DNA of 64,000 nucleotides from Batkoa obscura (Eukaryota): NCBI GenBank assembly GCA_030770535.1, contig JASVEC010000017.1, positions 248,001 to 312,000 of the forward strand, read 5' to 3'. Shown piece by piece: positions 1 to 12,395 of this stretch (position 1 is its first letter; each line of letters starts with the position of its first letter). The notes under the pieces were generated by a model. It saw only the letters and a program-made list of their open reading frames with translations, ran no database searches and was not told where the DNA came from. The position numbers and the translations under genes were made by a program.

Positions 1-1630
1 TAAACTTTAATTATTTTATGATTGCTTTTTCTATTAGATCAGTCCATAAGTTTGTACGCATTTTTATGCAAAATAAAAGTACTCTTGTAACCAATCTTTT
101 AATTACATTGCATGAAAATGTATACAAACTTATGACCTGACTTAATATTAGTATAACATACTGTTTTTATTTAAATTTGGTTAAATCTTATAGCTTTCTC
201 TCAATGTATAATCATTATATATTTATAATGCATTTGGTATCAAAAATCGTAGTCAGCGTATAAATAACGGAAATAAGTTTCATGATAACCATATCAAAAA
301 CCATCATAAAGCTCATCTCCCCTGTATATACTGCTTATGTTTTTACTATTACTAAACTTCACTTTTTACACACCAAATATTACTTACTTTTATCTAACAC
401 CCTCAAATTAAAAACAAAATTATTAAGGTCTAAACTGATTTTATTACCACAGATTCCACCACTAAAGGATGGTATCAATTTTAAAAGTAAGGATGTTAGA
501 GAGATTGAGAGAACTAAAAATATGTATTGAGCTAAGACCGAGTCAGATATTAGTAATTTGAACTCGAATACTAACGAGGCAAGTAATACTACTGTTACTT
601 TTTGAGCTATCAATATAATAGTAAGAGCATAAAGCAAAGGTCAAGGAAGTTATATTAATAGTCATAAGGCAAGGGGGAAAGTTGCAATGATGGTGCAAGC
701 TATGAATACCCTAAGTTTCTATATTTATAATCCAAATGGCGATAGTTGGAATAAAGCACATAGTTTTGGAATAAATTCTTGGTTTTTATACGAATGCAGT
801 ATTTTGTTAAGCTTTGTTGCTTTGACTACTATATTTTTTAAAAGTACTTTCAACCATTATACAAGAATGTTTTTTACCTATTGTCCTTTCTATTTTTTGA
901 TTTGGAAATTAATTAACTAATCCAGCTGTTTAAGTTCGAATGTGTGTTAGTAAACCATGAATTTTATAGCTAACTACTTATTTATTATGCCGATTTAAAG
1001 CTTATTATTTTTATTTTTATTTTAAAATGAACAGTTAGCTACCATACATCCAAGCTTGAACAGCGTACTAGTTAATTAATTTCTAAATTTGAAAAATAGC
1101 AAAAAGGAATAACTGGTAAAAAATATTCTCATACCATTCCTATCTTGTAACAATCCTTGAATTTACTATGTCGTAGCTTGCTTACAGTAATATATACTAC
1201 AACTCAATGGATTAGAATTGCAAAATCAATTAGACTAATAGCTAAATTAAAAGGTGCTTCTTTTATAAGTTTAATATCAGCCTTCAAACATTAGTAATCA
1301 AACAATGGTCCAAGTGTACTTCACTTTGTAGTGGGATTTTTATCTAATTATTTCAATGAATTGTTATAAAGAGTGAATACATTTTAATTCTATTATAGTA
1401 TATTTTTAAGTTAACTTACTATATAGAATTACAAAGGCTATATTACTTTTTGATTGTTATCAAAAAACCTGGTTTTATTAGAATGGATGAACTAAAACCA
1501 AAAGAAAAGTTAAACAAGTAAATTGCCCACAGTTAGATCATGAAATATTTTTATTAAACAATGAGCCATAAAAGCAATATATAAAAAGCCAGGTCATTGT
1601 TAATGTTTTGTATTAAAAAAACGGCTAAAG

Positions 1631-1837
1631 ATGAGCTTTGGCTTTACTTATATCCTTTCTTTTTTAACTATTAGTAGCTTCCTTACTTATCATGTAAGCG
1701 CTATCCTTTGTAAGCATAGAAATGGTTCATGTGCCCCTGATAATTGGGAATGTTATGCACCAAGCTATAAAAGTGTTTGTATTAATTGCTTTTGTGTTCA
1801 GCAGCCACTCTTTGATACGTCCATCAATGAGTTATAA
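1631..1837 (+). CDS. Small secreted cysteine-rich peptide (68 aa, 6 Cys)
   Basis: Hydrophobic N-terminus ending in VSA, a mature region with C-x6-C-x6-C-x8-C-x2-C-x-C spacing, and TATATAAAAAG about 50 bp upstream. Confidence 0.6.
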   Translation: MSFGFTYILSFLTISSFLTYHVSAILCKHRNGSCAPDNWECYAPSYKSVCINCFCVQQPLFDTSINEL

Positions 1838-2177
1838 CACATATATTAAGATTGACAAATAAATGTAACAAAAATAAGTTTGGGCAATTTATAAAATTTG
1901 AAATAAATAAAGTGGTCGTTAACTAAATTTGGTACTGTATTCTGTTTTAAAATTTTAAAATTTACAATTCCTTTTTTTACAAGAATTTAATAGTTTCCTC
2001 ATTTAATTTAACATCAAAATCAACGTTAATTGGATATTTTAATTTGTATTCTCCATTCTTCCGGAAAAATAGGTGTTCGTTGAAAAATAATTAATATTGA
2101 GATCTGAAGATTATACTTTTTCTATAGAATTTGTTTAAACTTTTGTATTGTTTTAATTAATCTTAGTTATAGTTGTG

Positions 2178-3316
2178 ATGAAAGAAAAAATGGAATTAAA
2201 GAGTACTAGTGATACTGTACGCAGCTACTTATTTTATTTAATTAATTATGAAAATTATTATCAAAGTTGGATTCAGGTAAACTTATATTGACACTGTATA
2301 ATTAATAGTAACAAAGATTTAGAACAAGTTACGTAGTCCCGCCTTAGATAAAATAATGAAAAACATAAGTCTATTAGGGAGTACACTCTCATTTTTAGTA
2401 ATAATTCCAAGTTTATATTTAATGTCTGAAACCCACTTAAGTTTTGCCTATTTATTTACATTGAATATGATTTTAGCCGTTTATGTTACCAATTATTTTA
2501 AAGATTTATTTTGTTTACCAAGACCACAATTACCAGTAAAACAGTTAGACTTGATAAAAAGCCATTTTAAAGAGTTTGGTTTTCCTTCAACTCATTCAAC
2601 CCTTTCTATAAGTTTAGGTTTTTCGTTAGTAGATCACTTACAAATACACATAAGTGAACCAATAAAGATAGTATTATATTGCTTTATTTTTGTGATTATA
2701 TTTTCAAGGTATTACTTAGGGATGCATTCATTATGTGATATATTAGCAGGAATAAGTTTAGGTTATTTAATTTACTATAATACCAACTATCATAGTAGTT
2801 TTATATTTCATTTATTATACCATAAATCAATCACATCTACTCTATTTTTTACTCCAATTGCTTCTTATTTATTTTTAAATTTAATTCCTCCTCCAATTAA
2901 AGGAAATTGCCCTTGTTTCCTCGATTCAATAAGAGTGTTTTCCCTTTTGATGGGGATTAAGTTAGCTACATGCTATAAACCAATATCTATCAATGCCACT
3001 GCTAGTATAATGAGTACTCAACAATACGTAATAAGACTGATCTTAGGGTATTCAATGTTTATAGTAATATTTTTAATTACCGAAATAGGCCATAAAGTAG
3101 TCAAGTTATCTTATTTAAAATTTAGTAGCAATGGGTAAGCAATTACTTTATTTATAAAAAAAGTATTTTAAATAATTTTTTAGCAATATCGAAGCTGTAA
3201 ATCAAGATGATACAATAGCTTTCCTTAAAAAATGTACTATTTATATCCAATTTTATGTTATTGGATTTGTAGTTACTTACTTTATACCACATGCCTTAAG
3301 CCAGTTTAACTTTTAA
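2178..3316 (+). CDS. PAP2-family lipid phosphate phosphatase (sphingoid base-phosphate phosphatase-like), 3 exons
   Basis: Motifs KDLFCLPRP, FGFPSTHS and SRYYLGMHSLCD; introns ~2277-2322 and 3135-3183 restore a continuous frame. Confidence 0.88.
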
Positions 3317-4192
3317 ATAAAAGTAATATATAATTAATATTGCCTTGGGCCTTTTGTTGATCTTGCATACTTCTACTTTCTCTATACCTTTTCTTCACCA
3401 ATTTATCTCTCTTGTTCCCCTTGAAATAAATTATTTCAGTGTATTCGCCACTTCTAAAAAAAACCAAAAAAATCAAAGGTTTAAACATTTCAAACACTTA
3501 ATTGAAATCATGTTCGAGTATATGTTTCTGCCTAAAAGTTAAGTGTAATATTACTTTAACTTTTAAGTTGAAAAAATGGACAGCTTATTTAAACACTAAA
3601 AGGCTCTGATCTATAAATATAACATTTCCAATCACGTTTAACCAAATTCTATCTCTCCTTCACTAGAATCTATAATGTTTTTCATTATACTTTAATATTA
3701 ATATTAATTTCATTTAAAATTTGATAAATAAACCTAGTTTTTATTTTTTTATAATATCAATTTTTTTGCTCTTTATTTTTTTAAAAGTTTAATAAGCTTT
3801 ATTTTAAATAAGCTTTTATCATATTTTATATAAATTAAAATGCTTTGTTTTCCTTTTAGTATTTTACATATTTTGAAAAAGTTACTAGTTTATAATATAT
3901 ATATATAGTTATAAAGAATTACAATTATTTAAAGTTTTAACTATCGGTTTTTTATTTTTAAAAACAAATAAAACCAATTATAGATTACTGATAAACGATG
4001 AATATTACAATGTAATTGTTAAAGCTTTGTTATATAGATTATTTGATTTAGAACATTAGTATACGATAATGGTATTAATAGAGTTTATTATAATTACAAT
4101 AATCCCTTCAACAAATAAAGTTAATCTAACTTTTCTCATAACTACTTTAAATATAAGATACTCATATTAGATTAAGGATTTTTGTTCAATAT

Positions 4193-4343
4193 GGGGATGT
4201 TCTTTTTGGCTTCATTACTTTTTCCATCTTTTAAACGCTATTTGGGGATGTTTTTTTTTGGTTTCATTATTTTTTTCATTTTTTAAGCGCTATTTGAGCA
4301 GAAAGATTGTTAGTAAAATTCTTAAACAAAAAAATACATCCCC
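4193..4343 (+). mobile_element. MITE family M1 copy with duplicated 5' head
   Basis: GGGGATGT...ACATCCCC termini, ATAT on both sides, first ~50 bp repeated in tandem. Confidence 0.85.
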
Positions 4344-4405
4344 ATATACTAATTTTTATTATTCACTAAAATAAAATTATAAAATACTATACTGTCGCTA
4401 ATGTT

Positions 4406-4520
4406 CTAATTTAAACGTGAACTGAGAATTTTTATTTGTATTTGGTGGATTTAATTGTTATGGCTTTTTGTATTTAGCAAATATAAAATAGAAATGCTCA
4501 GTCCACGTTTAAATTAGAGC
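4406..4520. repeat. Foldback/MITE-like inverted repeat
   Basis: TCTAATTTAAACGTGAACTGAG ... CTCAGTCCACGTTTAAATTAGA imperfect inverted arms. Confidence 0.65.
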
Positions 4521-5212
4521 CAGTAGTAATAAAACTATAAAATTGCTAAATTTATAAATAAGTTTTGGGTTAATGTTGTAAATAAAATAAGGAGCCAACA
4601 TGACTAAATATATGATTTAAACAATAGAGCCACTTTTTCTTTTATGTTTGATGATAATAAATAAATTGGCTTTGGTACCATAATATCTTGTTTATCTTTT
4701 AGCATTTGCTATTTGTATCAAGTGATTATTGCTTATTTAGTCTTACATTAAACCGAATCTTACTGATATAAAAACTTTATCAATCTATTTTAGTACCATA
4801 ATGGTATTTATTAATAGCTAACTTGGTCTTAGAATATTACTTGCTTTTTGATATAGTGTAAGTAGTAGTATAAAGAATATTGATACAAGTAAACACTGAA
4901 GTTTGATTTCAATTCTAACATCAAAATGTGTAACAATCAAATGATCTTAGAAAGCAACAGTAGTCAATTTACTAAATTAATAAAAGATCGAAAAAACAAT
5001 GACTAAATGACTAAAAAATAGCTTAATAAACTGTAAAAATATAAAACTAAAATAAAAATAAAAAGAATGACATTGTCATTTGAGTGAGCTGTCTATACCA
5101 AATATGTAAAAAATCGAAAAAAATAAGCCACTTTATAAAGCCTAGGATACTAATAGCGCGTATATAAATACCATTGTATTTCGTTCTATTTACAAAATAA
5201 CTTGCATTCATT

Positions 5213-6364
5213 ATGAAATTTATTACTTCCCTCTTTAGTTTGACTTTATTATCCACCATTCTCTCATCTGAGAGTCCAATTAAGATAAGCACCAGTGCCA
5301 TTAATGGCGACTATTTAATTGGATTACGCGGAGATGTACGTAGCAGCATTGATGCCCACATTAACACAGTTAAAGACTTAATGAAAGAGCGTAGTGGAAA
5401 CAACAAGATTGAAACTGTCTTCAATAATCTTGGGAACCTATACCATGCCAAATTCAGTAACGATTTATTACAAAAAGTAAGAGCCTTACCAGACGTCGAG
5501 TTTATTGAAAATAACAAACAGATCACTGTTAAAACTGTACAAGAAAACGCAGATTGGGGTATTGCTCGTATCTCTCAACGTAATTTTACCAAAAAAACTA
5601 CCTATACTTATGATGGTGAGGGCGAGGGTGTAGCTGTCTATGTCATCGATACCGGTGTTTTTGTAAATCATCCAGAATTTGAAGGTCGTGCACGTTCTGG
5701 TCCTTTCTATGCAGGTAACAATACTGAAGATGAATATGGTCATGGAACTCACTGCGCTGGTATCATTGCCTCCAAAACATACGGTGTAGCTAAAAAAGCA
5801 CAAATCATTTCCATCAAAATGATTGATGGTAGTGGAAAAGGAGATATTGCTAGCTTAATTAAAGGTATGGATTGGGCCGTAGGTGATAAAGCTGGTGTTA
5901 AAGGTAATGTTGTTAGTCTTTCGCTTGGTGGTGATAAAGATGCAGCACTTAATGCTGCGGTTGAAGCTACCTATCAAAAAGGATTTGTCGTTGTAGCTGC
6001 TGCTGGTAATGAAAATGAGGACGCTTGCACTAGATCCCCAGGTTCAGCACCAAACGCAATCACTGTTGGAGCTTCTGACAAGAAAGACGAGTATGCATAT
6101 TTTTCCAATTATGGAAAATGTGTTGATGTTATTGCACCTGGCGTAGACATTCTAGCACCATGGAAAGATGGAAGTATCCAAAAGAAATCTGGTACTTCTA
6201 TGGCATGTCCTAATGTTGCTGGACTTGCTGCTTACTATTTATCCAAAGAAAACCTTACCAATGCCCAGGTTACTCAAAAAATTGTTAGTTCGGCTTCTAA
6301 AGGATTTGTTAAATACGCAGGTAAAACAACACCTAATCTTTTAGCTTATAACAGTATTGCTTAA
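5213..6364 (+). CDS. Secreted subtilisin (S8A, proteinase K-like) with I9 propeptide, intronless
   Basis: Signal peptide; catalytic motifs VIDTG, HGTHCAG and SGTSMACP; TATATAAA at ~5161. Confidence 0.97.
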   Translation: MKFITSLFSLTLLSTILSSESPIKISTSAINGDYLIGLRGDVRSSIDAHINTVKDLMKERSGNNKIETVFNNLGNLYHAKFSNDLLQKVRALPDVEFIENNKQITVKTVQENADWGIARISQRNFTKKTTYTYDGEGEGVAVYVIDTGVFVNHPEFEGRARSGPFYAGNNTEDEYGHGTHCAGIIASKTYGVAKKAQIISIKMIDGSGKGDIASLIKGMDWAVGDKAGVKGNVVSLSLGGDKDAALNAAVEATYQKGFVVVAAAGNENEDACTRSPGSAPNAITVGASDKKDEYAYFSNYGKCVDVIAPGVDILAPWKDGSIQKKSGTSMACPNVAGLAAYYLSKENLTNAQVTQKIVSSASKGFVKYAGKTTPNLLAYNSIA

Positions 6365-6590
6365 AAATAAAACAATTATTATTTTAATTTACCCAGTAGT
6401 TCAATGTACGGTATGCATTCTATTTTCTTTTAACATTTTCTTCTATTTTCGATCTTAATATTTATAGTAGCAGCATGATTTAGGCAATACCTTTTCAATA
6501 AATGTTTAATAAGTAAAAGGAATTGCTAAAATTACGTTCTTACTAAGTTCACTACAAAAATTCAAACTACCTAATTAAGTGACTAGATTT

Positions 6591-6687
6591 GGGGATGTCT
6601 TTTGGTTTCACCACTTTTTCCATCTTTTAAACGCTATTTGAGCAGAAAGATTGTTAGTAAAATTCTTAAACAAAAAAATACATCCCT
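6591..6687 (+). mobile_element. MITE M1 copy
   Basis: M1 consensus sequence, TSD ATTT/ATTT. Confidence 0.9.
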
Positions 6688-7031
6688 ATTTGATTGCCTA
6701 ACTTAAAGATATTGAAATCAAAATGGACATTTTAAAATTGTCTCAGAAAAGTTGAATCAACAATTTCAAAAAAATTAATGCTATCAAATTGATTAATTTG
6801 CATTAAGCTTTATAAAAAAGCACTTTTTAATTATTTAATAAATTCTAGTAAGGAGTTAGCACCAAAAGGTTTTAAATATGAAAGTTTTTATATTAAAATA
6901 AATATTTAAAGTTGAAATAATAATATAAAAAGCTTCGAATTTTATTTTATAATGTTAAGAATATTAATAAATATGTAATAGAAAAATTATTATAAAGATT
7001 TTTTAATATAGATTAACAAAATTTAACATGT

Positions 7032-7127
7032 GGGGGTATTTTTTTAGTTTTGTTATTTTTATCATTTTAAGTGCTATTTGAGTAAAATAACTATCAGTAA
7101 GATTTTTCAACAAAAAAATACATCTTC
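7032..7127 (+). mobile_element. MITE M1 copy (degenerate)
   Basis: M1 similarity; right TIR eroded to CATCTTC. Confidence 0.8.
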
Positions 7128-7741
7128 ATATATTTATTTAAAATTTGGCTTATTATTAAATGAAAACTAATTAATTAATTAATTAATTAAAACTTTTATA
7201 ATATATATATATAATAAATTGTTTTTTTTATGATTATAAGTTAAATGATTAGATTTAGTCATTTGATTAATTTGATTAATTTTGTAATAAACCTAGTAAA
7301 AATATATTATAATCTTGGCAATTTTTTAAATACATTATCATATTAATATATTGTAATAAAACTAATTTTAATATCTTTACATAAGGATATCCAAATTGAG
7401 TTCATTTTTTGTCCAATTTTTAGATATTTTATATTTTAAAACTTTGCTTAAAATTTTGTAAAAACAAACTCTTTATTGAAAACCAAAAGTACCTAACACA
7501 ATTTTAAGTTATTTTGTTATAATTTATATCATAAGTTAGCAGAATTTCTATTAAATTTAATACGAATTCCCGGATTAGCAAGGCTTTTACCAACATAACC
7601 TATATACTGATACTAATCAAAGTTATATTATATAAATAAATACATATTCTTATAAAATTTCATCAAAAAATATTTACTATTGACTGCTTTAGAGCCAATA
7701 TCACAGACTTGCTATCAAATAAATAAATTATTTTGGTGTTA

Positions 7742-8275
7742 TGTGAAAGTTGGTACTCAGTGATTGGAGTTAAAAGCAGTTCTTAATTGATTAACTTGCC
7801 TTGAGTCGAACAATCTTAGTTTATGTAACTAAGATAGACTTAAATTGATAAGAATAGTGCACAATAGGCTATGAACTATGTAAAATAAATAGAATAGAAG
7901 ATACTACTGTAAAATCTATGTAAGATATTGTCAGAAAGACTTAGTGACTTTATTAACGATACGTTATCAGGGAGTAATTCAATTAAAAAGCCTCGAGTTA
8001 TCATATTGAAGAATCTCTTTTATACTCCAATAAGTATGGATATTAAAAGGAGATAATATTGTTTGCAATATGAAGTCAGAAATTCTCGCAGCAAATCAAA
8101 ATAAGGGACTCTGGTTTGATTGTGTCTGAACTTGAGAACACAACAACTTAAGTGATTGTTGTGTTATAATCAATTCGAGAGCTAAATAAAGCAATATTTC
8201 ACACTAGTTTTGTAAACAAGTTAAATGATTATTATCTTATAATTGATCCGAGAGTTGATAAACCAATATTTCACA
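7742..8275 (-). mobile_element. Solo-LTR-like element with double terminus
   Basis: TGTGAAA...TTTCACA termini (at 8203 and again at 8275), GTTA/GTTA TSD around the longer form, similar to copies at 52922, 53732 and 54760. Confidence 0.8.
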
Positions 8276-10332
8276 GTTAGTTATATAATAAAAACTATAA
8301 AAAAAAACATAAAAGCTATTTAATATAGTTATAAAAGCTTTTCTAGTTATAAATGCTAAATCTAATACTTAGTATGCAAAGTTAAAAGCAGCTTTAATTT
8401 AATCAATTAATTACAAATTGAATTTTTTTGGCTTATATAATTAAAATAAACTTAACTTATAAAAAATAATATGCAGTAAGCTATAAACTATATAAAATAA
8501 CTAAAATAAAAAACACAATTGTAGAATTTATATAAGATATTATAATAAAGACTTAGTAACTTTATTAAAAAAGCTAATATTAAGGAATAACTTAAAAAGA
8601 GAAACTATTATATTTAAAAGTTTTTTATGTTTTGTATTAAAACTGTTTAATATAGTTACTAAAGTATAAAAAAAATGCTTTTTTGCAATTAAATGATAAA
8701 AATCTTTATAGTAAATTTTAATAAAAAACTTAAAACTAATTGTATATAAATTTAGAAAACATAGAATTTTGGTAACAAAATCATTTAAAAACAATCAAAT
8801 TTATTATATGAATTATAACTAATTTTATAAATAATTTAAATAATTATTATAATACAACCAATTATAAAGCTGATAAATAGTATTCTACACTGTTTATAAT
8901 ATATATATATTTTTTTTATTATATTTTTAATTAAATATAAAATAATCTTAAAATAAGTTTTTTTTAGTTAAAAATCAGCTTTTTTCATTCAAGTATATTT
9001 GGTAATAAAAACAGTAATTGAAAAATAGGTATAGAAGTTGTGCAACTAGCTAAAATTAGCTTATTTAATTTAATAAAAAATTTCTGGAAGTGTTTTGACT
9101 TTTTTAAAAGATATAGACTTTTTTTGGCAGGCAGCAATTATTAAATAAAACTAAAAAGAGTTCCAGCTGAAAGTGGAAAAGTCAAAGTATTCTTTATAGA
9201 AAATATTCTTAAATTTCAAAAGATCAAAAATTTCTTTTTTTGTTTATTTTTAAGATTTACTTTATCTTTAATCTTTTGACGTTAAAAGAATGTTGCTTTA
9301 TATAACAAATGCATATATCAAAGTAAAGTTATTATAAAACTAATTTTTACAAAATAAATTAATAGTTTATAATACTATAGATATAAGTGAGTATTTTTTA
9401 TTGATAGTAATCAAAAAATTAAAATGGATTATTTTAAAAAATGAATAAACTTGATTGTATGTTATATAGTGGCATTACCTATTAGGCATAATATTTACAT
9501 CCCAATTAGCGCTTTTAGAATAAAACCTTTAAAGGGTCAAAGTTTAGATAATAAGGGCCTTGTTTTCTTATTACTAATATAATACGCAATGCTTCAATTT
9601 GTGATAGGTTATCTTAAGCTAATGGTAATAAATTAAGTATAGAAGGTGAAAGCGGAATTACATAATATGAAAAGTCGAATCTCGCTTTAATAAAAATAAG
9701 AGTTATTCTTTATATTTGCTCGTTAATAGAGCATATTTTGACTAGGTAAAAATACATGACTATACTTTGACATTCGAATTATGAATGATATTTTTCTACA
9801 CTATAGATCAATTTAGATAATATACAACGGAATACTAAATTAGATAAAACACGTGGATAAAAATATGTATGAAAAATTAACAAGCTTATTGAAGGGTTTT
9901 TATAATTAATATAGTGAATAAATATTTTAAAGTTTAATATATAAATCATTAAAAAATACTTTAGCTTTCCATATGATAATAAACTACAAATTAATAAGAT
10001 CTAAAGTCCAAAATAATCAATAAATGTATAAAACAACAAAGAACAAAATAATAGAATAAAGAATTAAGCAAGTTTATAAAGCTCTATTTAAAATTACTAA
10101 AATAATATAAACCCTGTAAGCATTAAATTAATAAGCAAAGAGCGCACTATAGTTTAAAGCATTCAAGCGCTGTTATATATCACTAAAATATACTTAAAAT
10201 AACTTAAAATAAAATAACGAATAACTTATTTATTGTAATATTTTTTGATTTATTACTTTCCATTTCATCTTTTTTTCTTAGTATAGTTATAATACTTCTG
10301 GTTTTACAAAACAGATGGATAAATCTTTTAAA

Positions 10333-11412
10333 AAGTATTATGAACCAAGAAAGCCAATATTATAATTAAAGCTTCTATTTAATTTGATAAGTTTATAAAG
10401 CAAAATATCAAATTACTTGTTATATATTATAAATATCGAATGTACAATCAAAGCATTATAATTTGTATAATAAATTTATAAAGTATTAAATTACTTATTA
10501 TGAAATATAATGTTAATAATTTGATAATGTTCTTGGTAGGTAAAAATAACAAAAACTTAATATAAACTATAAAGATACTGAAAAATAAAAGGTATATAAA
10601 CACAGCATTTGAAGAAAAAAGATAGTATCAAATTTGGATTAGATTACAAATTAGCTTTGACTTTTAAAAAATGAATTTCAAATTTACTATTACTTTAGCT
10701 TTATTTGGTTTAGTAACTAGTGCTTCTGTCTGCCCTACTGCTAAAACTCTTATCAAAGACATGGAAGGTCTCTATCATCAAGATAAAACCGGTGTTACTG
10801 AAGTTATCTTTGGTTTTTACCATCAAATGCAATTAGATGGTAATGGCAACTATTATATATATAAGGACTTCTATTGTCCAGAAGGTACCCATTGCCCGAT
10901 CCCTTTTGCTCCAACTTATCCTACTAAAGGTAAATATCAAGTCAGTAATGTATCTTGTGTTGGTCAAGAGTAATAGTTTTATAATAAGTATAAGTGTGAT
11001 TATAATTATCATTATTAATGTTGATAGAACTTCTTTCCAAATGACTCTTACTGAATATGTCAATACTTTAAACATGTCAGTTGATGCTAATAATCGTTTA
11101 GTTAAACAATTTAAAGTCACAATGAAAGATAATAAATTAGTTATTAATGATAATAATAATAAGAAATCACTTATTAAAGTCAATGATTATTGTGATTCTT
11201 CTATTCCTTCATTTGCGCCATGGTAATTCTATTTATTACTTATTATTACTTATTATTACTTATTATTAATGCATCTAATCCTTCTTTAGTTCTATCTCCA
11301 CTGGAATCAAAGGAACTGATTGTTATGGTAAAAGATGCAAGATCGTTGAAAAGGTAGATTGATAAATTAAAAAATAGCTTCAAATATCTAATTGTTTTTA
11401 ATAGATTGAATT
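10333..11412 (+). repeat. Left arm of near-identical inverted duplication (partner ~23235-24313)
   Basis: Direct reverse-complement comparison; about 2 mismatches seen by eye. Confidence 0.95.
10671..11362 (+). CDS. Secreted 8-Cys orphan protein (~188 aa), 3 exons: 10671-10969, 11028-11222, 11290-11362
   Basis: Signal peptide MNFKFTITLALFGLVTSA; GT-AG introns join the two listed ORFs in frame; ends ...TDCYGKRCKIVEKVD*; TATATAAA at ~10593. Confidence 0.85.
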
Positions 11413-11514
11413 CTAAAAAATTAAAATAAAATAATCAATAAAGCTGTATTTAGTAAACCTGGTAATATTTTATTCAATGTTTTTTATTTAATTTGATGTT
11501 AAATTTAATAAAGT

Positions 11515-11610
11515 AGGGATGTCTTTTTAGATTTCAATTATTTTTTTATTTTTAAGCACTACCAAGTGGAAAAATTGTTAGTAAAATCCTTAAACAAAAA
11601 AAATATCCCC
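11515..11610 (+). mobile_element. MITE M1 copy
   Basis: M1 consensus sequence. Confidence 0.85.
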
Positions 11611-12395
11611 AATATTACTTTTTACTCTTATTCAATATCATATTTCTTTGTTCAAAAATCTAGCTAACCAATTTTAAATTTTATACTATATAGAAAATGA
11701 ACAAAACGTAAAAACAAAAAACACAAAATTAACCTATTTCTGTATTAAAATATAATTAATTTTAAAAGTATAGAACAATTAAAAATTTGCGAAAAAGACT
11801 TGTATTTGCAAGCATGTTGTTTTAAATTTTATGCATGTAGCTTTTTAATAAACCGTATATTTTAAAACATTAAGAATTTATGTTAATAAATTTCTCATTC
11901 TACCCCGTCCACCCTATCCATTCACCCATTTTCACCTTGCCTTCACTTATCTTCATAAATATAATATTTGAGAGTTTGCGTTTTGCGTTTTTTCAAGATT
12001 TGAAAAAGGGTAGGTTTAAAAAAGACTGTTTAGTTAATTATAAACTTTCAATATAAGGTCATAAAATAAAAAATTACTAAAAAATAGTTATTTTTTAAAA
12101 ACAATTCATTAAAACCAATATTTATCACTAAATATTAAATGAATTAAGATTTTAAAGTTGGTGCAAAAATATTAAAGTACACTTATAGGATAATAAATAA
12201 TATCACATATATACTTAGTATGAAATTTTTACCGTCATAGCCCCCAAAATATAAAGAGGAGTGCCAAGTCAAAAAGTACAAACGAATAATAAATCTCCTT
12301 GAACCACAGCTTCATTTTGAACTTTGCTTTTATTATAAATAACCGAATGCCGCATAAAAAACCTCAAATTGATTACTACTATATCAATCCATAAT

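Noticed and set aside
5047..5803. Antisense ORFs over the subtilisin (and similar ones over DPP5, HMG, OTU and RPL5)
   Set aside because: Shadow frames caused by codon bias of the real genes
8300..9000. ORF 8540-8794 in an extremely AT-rich tract
   Set aside because: Low-complexity F/K/I/L composition with no motif; likely eroded repeat DNA
10833..11226. Overlapping ORFs 10837-11226 (+) and 10833-11183 (-), with mirrors at 23420-23813, as separate genes
   Set aside because: The plus ORF is exon 2 of the spliced secreted gene extended through the intron; the minus ORF is its antisense shadow
11233..11268. (TTATTACT)n repeat as a CRISPR-like array
   Set aside because: Simple intronic microsatellite without spacers, in a eukaryotic context
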